NCBI RefSeq assembly: GCF_032191835.1
Contig: NC_083226.1
Span: 61,194,001 to 61,258,000 of the forward strand
Reading direction: 5' to 3'
Length of the DNA: 64,000 nt
Origin: Heteronotia binoei
Taxonomy: Eukaryota
Below are positions 1 to 64,000 of this stretch, one piece after another (position 1 is the first letter of the stretch; each line of letters opens with the position of its first letter). Under the pieces are notes generated by a model. That model ran no database searches. It was given only the letters and a program-made list of their open reading frames with translations, and had not been told where the DNA came from. A program made the position numbers and the translations under genes.

Positions 1-417
1 GAAACCCTCTGCCATCAGTGAATATTGAGACTGTGCTTTGATCCTCTGCTTCTTGGGTAGGGGGTGCCCCCCAAGAAATTTAAAAGGTCCCCAAAGTTTG
101 AAATCCTGGCTATGGGCTGGGTTGCAATATCAGGAGATCTACAGGCAACACCTGGAGGCCGGCAACCCTAATTTACTTCATCAAATGTATGTGATGAGGA
201 GAGCAGTAACTCTCAAAAGCTTACACTGAAATATATTTTGTTAGCTTTTAAAAGTCACTGAACTTGCTTTTTTCTTGCCGCAGTTTTGGGTCAGTGCTGT
301 AGAGCCCTGCTGGGGACAGGACTTAAAGGCAACACCATGTTTGGCAGGTTGTGGGCCAAGCCCCTTTTGCTGGCTGGAAGGTCTCCACAACCAGAGGGAG
401 CACATGGCCCTCCTGAA

Positions 418-1072
418 AGGATAGAGAAGGTAGAGAAAGAAGTACTTTTCTCCCTTTCTCACAATACAAGAACTCATGGATGCTCAATGAAATTGCTGAG
501 CAGTTGGGTTAGAACAGATAAAAGAAAGTACTTCACCCAAAGGGTGATTAACACATGGAATTCACTGCCACAGGAGGTGATGGGTGGCTATAAGCATAGA
601 CAGCTTCAAGAGGGGATTGGATAAACATATGGTGAAGAGGTCCATCAGTGGCTATTAGCCACAGCATATTGATGGAACTCTTTGTCTGGGGCAGTAATGT
701 TCTGTATTCTTGGTGACTGGTAGGGGGCAACAGTGGGAGGGCTTCTAGTGTACTGACCAATGTTCCCTCTAAACTGCAGAGTCTTGTGAGCAAAAATTTT
801 ACTTTGTGAGCTACTGGCATTAAGGTTGTGAGCTACTGCATAAATTAGTATGCTCTGGGGCCATCCTTCCTAAGCTAAGACAAAAATCTGTGAGCTGGAG
901 GCTAAAAATCTGTGAGCTAGCCCACGCTAACTCAGCTTAGAGGGAACACTGGTCCTGATCCCACTGATGGATCTCCTGATGACACCTGGTGTTTTGGCCA
1001 CTGTGTGCCACAGAGTGTTGGACTGGATGGGCCATTGGCCTGATCCAACATGGCTTCTCTTATGTTCTTATG
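418..1072 (+). mobile_element. CR1 LINE 3' fragment, interrupted by a MITE
   Basis: ORF2 C-terminus (...KYFTQRVINTWNSLPQEV), a CR1-type 3'UTR and the terminal TTATGTTCTTATG repeat. Confidence 0.85.
758..951. mobile_element. hAT-type MITE inserted in the CR1 3'UTR
   Basis: 19-bp TIR CAATGTTCCCTCTAAACTG / rc CAGTGTTCCCTCTAAGCTG; 8-bp flanks GTACTGAC (750-757) and GTCCTGAT (952-959), 6/8 match; the CR1 resumes afterwards. Confidence 0.8.
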
Positions 1073-1537
1073 AAGATTGAGGGGGTTTACTCCCAGAATG
1101 AGACAGAATTCTACTTGGGTAAGAAATATGCCTATGTGTAGAAAGCAAAAAACAACACAGTGTCTCCTGGAGGCAAACCCAACAGAACCAGAGTGATCTG
1201 GGGGAAGGTGACCCATGCCCACAGAAACAGTGACATGGTACGAGCAAAGTTCTGCTCCAACTTGTCTGCCAAAGCCATTGGACACAGTGTGATCTAAGTG
1301 ATGCTGTATCAGGAATCTAAATATGGACAGAAAATAACATTTGCAGTATATTTTTTAAAAAAGTAAAAATCACTGGCCTCCTGTTTTGTTTTGTTTTTTG
1401 CTGACAAACGTGGCAACCCATTGCAGTTACCAGCTTGCAATGCTAAACTCAGATAGATTGGGGTTCTATATGTTGCTGTATTCTCTTCATATATTTTGAA
1501 ACAAACTCTCTAAAGGATTTTTTCTTCTTCTTTGCAG

Positions 1538-60449
<58,912 letters not shown>

Positions 60450-61422
60450 ATTATGCTTGTATTTTCCTGCTGGAAGAAAAAATGGGATTTACAATCAAAC
60501 CAAGAAGCCTCTGAAGTTAAAAGTGTGAATACAGGACATGCTCCTTCATCTGTGAAACCTAACTGTACATATCTTAAAAGAAATATTTTATGCAAACTGT
60601 ATAATATGGAGGTATTAGTGGAGTTCCACCTTTTCAAACTAGCAGCCAGATCTTAAACATGTCCATTTGCCAAGTATTTCATTTTGTGTTCAATGGTACT
60701 TTCCTGGTAATGCATTTACTTTGAAATCTCTTCCACTGAAAACACTGGGACTGAGAAAATGTGTAAAATGTGTATAGGAATAGAGTGCCACAGCCTCACA
60801 TTATCAAATGGTTTATTTTCTTTGTTCCAGTTGCTCAGAATTGTGCCATGGTCTGTCTCTTGACCCAAACAATGACTGTTCTTTTGATTTTTTTTTTAAA
60901 TTGCAAACTAGTTTGGCAGATTGCTAAGGAGGTATAAAGCAATGTGACCGCAAACCAGGGCTCCCAGGCTCTAGTGCCCTACCTCCTGCATCGCTGGGGC
61001 AATGACTGATCAAAATCATATGGGTTGTAGATTTTGTTTGACTTCCAAGGCTCTTGCTTTTTCTTCCCCCAAGGAATATTCTTAACAAAGCCTACCTCAT
61101 GCTTCTATACATATATAAGATGTAATGTGAACTATGCTTATATTCTGTTTCAATATTTTGCAAGATATGCTTAAATACTTGCAGCTTATCCTCAGCTGGC
61201 CAGTATTAAAAAGTTGCTGTCTCACAGCGTGATGGCACTAAGCCCTGGCAAAAGTTCCCTACCTAAGTTATTTAATGGTTGAATGAACCTAGACTGTTTA
61301 CATCAGTTGACAGGCTTGGCTTCATAAACTCAATTAGTGGAATAATTTCTCTACATTCGTATTTCTGTACATTTCATACATACTGTAGATAGTACAACTG
61401 CAACTGTATATTTACTCTTTTC

Positions 61423-61428
61423 AATAAA
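61423..61428 (+). terminator. Candidate polyadenylation signal of the CARM1-like gene (3'UTR about 60450-61450)
   Basis: AATAAA about 1 kb after the putative stop, followed by T/GT-rich sequence. Confidence 0.4.
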
Positions 61429-62173
61429 ATTTAAATATAAAATGCAATGTGATTGTAGTCTACATTTCTATTGTGGAAAATAATTTGTATTTTATGTTAA
61501 TGTATAGTGAACCTTTCTCACTGAGGCTCAAAGCAGAATACACTGTGTAAATCACTGTGATCAGTTGGATGAGCAATCTTAATAAGCAAAGTAACAGGAC
61601 TAGAATTACAGCAGTCTGAAACAAAGCATAAAATATTCCACATGGTACGTTAAGAGTGCAGGATATTATATTATTTAAGTTCAAAACAATAAAGTGGGAG
61701 CAGGATAAATTGTACAGCATATAGAAAATATATACTATATCCAGTGTTATAGTTCAGAGTCCTGTTCTCTTTGAAAAAGTGACTTCCTGAAGATGAATTA
61801 GACAGTCATCACTCACTCACTCGCACCGCCCCCCCCCCCCAATGTGTGGCTCTCAGTACTCCTAATCTGTTTTTCTGGGTTGTCATTTTAATCATTCATA
61901 TGAAAAGGGAACTGGCAAACAGAGATATGAGCTTAAGTATTTAGCCCTAAAGCTGTATTTGATGCTGCAGAGTCTCCCTCGGGTTTTGCCTGTGATTATT
62001 AACACTACTCAGCAACACAAAAAGAGAAGTACACAAACAATGAACAATGAATTGACTGCAGAAAATGAAGTCCAAATATCGTCCTGTTCTTTTTAAATGC
62101 TGCTTAATCCAGCAAATTTCCAGACCTGTAATGAAAAAACAGCACTGGATGATGTTGATCATGGCCTGCTAGA

Positions 62174-64000
62174 AATAATAATAATATATTTTATTTATAT
62201 CCCATCCTCCCCGCCAAAGAAGGCTCAGGGCGACTCATAACATATAAAATTTACAAATTACAATATAAAAACATTATTTCAATGCAATATATATAATTTA
62301 CTAATTAAAACCATTATAATTAAAACCCTCAAAAATACAATTAAAACTAACATTTACAGTGCTATATTCTAGATGTTCTCCTCAGTAGTTTATGATGGCC
62401 GGATATAGTAGACTAAATCCACATTTAAGCGAAAGCCATTTGAAAAAGGGGTAGTCTTGCAGGCCCCACGGAAGTGATCAAGACTCCGCAGGGCCTGCAC
62501 TTCATCTGGTAGTTGGTTCCACCAGTGTGGAGCTGTGATCGAAAAGGCTCTTTCTAGCATGCTCTTTAGTTTGGCCTCCTTCGGCCCAGGGATTGTCAAT
62601 CAATTTTGTGCACTTGATCTCAGTACTCTCTGGGGCACATATGGGAAGAGACAGTCCCTAAGGTAGGCAGATCCTCAGCCATATAGGGCTTTAAAGGTAA
62701 TGACCAGCTCTTTGTAACAAATCCGGTATACAACTGGCAGCCAGTGCAGCTCACGCAGCCTCGGCTGTATGTACTCCCACTTCGGGAGCCCTAGTAACAG
62801 CCCGGCCGCCGCATTCTGCACCAGCTGCAACTTCCGGGTTTGGCACAAGGGCAGCCCCATGTAGAAGGCATTACAGTAATCCAATCTCGAGGTGACCGTT
62901 GCATGTATCACTGTTGCCAAGTCGTGACGCTCTAGGAAGGGGGCCAACTGCATCGCTCACCTAAGATGGAAAAAAGCGGATTTGGCAGTGGCTGCTATCT
63001 GGGCCTCCATTGACAATGAAGGCTTCAGTAGAACCCCCAAGCTCTTGACCTTGTGCGCCACTTTCAATGGCTCACTGTCAAAAGCTGGAAGGGGGATTTC
63101 CCTTCCCAGACTGTCACGACCCAGGCAAAGGTCCTCTGTCTTCGTTGGATTCAGCTTCAACCTACTCAGCCTGAGCCAATCTGCCACAGCTTGCAATGCT
63201 AGGTCCAGATATTTTGGGATGCAGTCAGGCCAACCTTCCATTAGTAGATAGAGCTGGGTGTCATCCTCATATTGATGACACCCAAGCCCATATCTCTGGG
63301 CAAGGGGGTGCATGTAGATGTTAAATAACATTGGAGAGAGCACTGCCCCTTGTGGCACCCCACAATCTAGTGAGTGCCTCTGGGACAACTCTCCCCCAAT
63401 TGCCACCCTTTGTCCCCGTCCATCAAGGAAGGAGGAAAGCCATTGTAAGGCCAGCCCCCGAATCCCTGCGTCAGCGAGGCGACAGGTCAGTAACTGATGG
63501 TCGACTGTATCAAACGCAGCCGATAGATCTAACAACATCAGCACTGCCATGCCACCTCAATCCAGATGCCTCTGGAGATCATCCACCAAGGCGACCAGCA
63601 CTGTCTCCGTCCCATGACCTGGGCGGAAGCCAGGCTGGTGAGGATCTAAGACGGAAGCATCATCCAGAAAACTCTGCAACTGTAACACTCCTGCCCTCTC
63701 AATGATTTTACCCAAAAATGGTAAATTTGAGACTGGCCGATAATGTGCCAATTCAGTAGGATTTGATGTAATCCTTTACAAGAGAGGGCAGACCACAGCC
63801 TCTTTAAGAGGTGCTGGGAAACGCCCCTCTGAGAGGGATCTATTTACAGTGTCCCGTATAGGACATCTAAGTTCCCTCTGGCAAGATTTAATTAGCCAAG
63901 AGGGACATGGGTCCAAATCGCAAGTTGTTGGGCATACAGTAGAGAGGATTCCGTAAACTTCTCCCAAGCTAAGTGTGTCGAAGTGATCCAGAACTGAACC
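62174..64000 (-). mobile_element. L2 LINE (3' tail and RT, runs off the window), same family as 34299-41865
   Basis: (TAA)n tail with TATATCCCATCCTCCCCGCC; ORF-track pieces LLDLSAAFDTVDH, GVPQGAVLSP, YEDDTQLY, TSRLDYCN, LHWLP. Confidence 0.92.

Overview
Vertebrate (squamate, probably gecko, inferred from the SINE/LINE repertoire) genomic DNA. The + strand carries 12 coding exons of a CARM1/PRMT4-like protein arginine methyltransferase (1538-60449); the first coding exon lies upstream of the window. All introns are GT-AG, the frame is open, and the SAM-binding, double-E and THW motifs are intact. The protein appears to stop right after the catalytic core (...KNPFFRYA*), so it looks like the C-terminally truncated CARM1-like paralogue rather than canonical CARM1. 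The introns are packed with nested transposons. The most striking is a 4637-bp Mag-type Gypsy LTR retrotransposon (34942-39578, - strand) with 256-bp LTRs that are identical by eye, a perfect 5-bp TSD, a tRNA-Ser PBS, a PPT and one uninterrupted 1333-aa gag-pol ORF; it is inserted into an L2 LINE in intron 8. The last intron holds a decayed but structurally complete DIRS1-type element (ITRs and ICR), which itself contains a TSD-flanked ORF1-only L1 derivative and a MITE. Also present are CR1 and L2 fragments, tRNA- and 5S-derived SINEs, several hAT MITEs with 8-bp TSDs and Penelope-like remnants. All comparisons were made by eye without alignment tools, and family names come from recalled consensus features.
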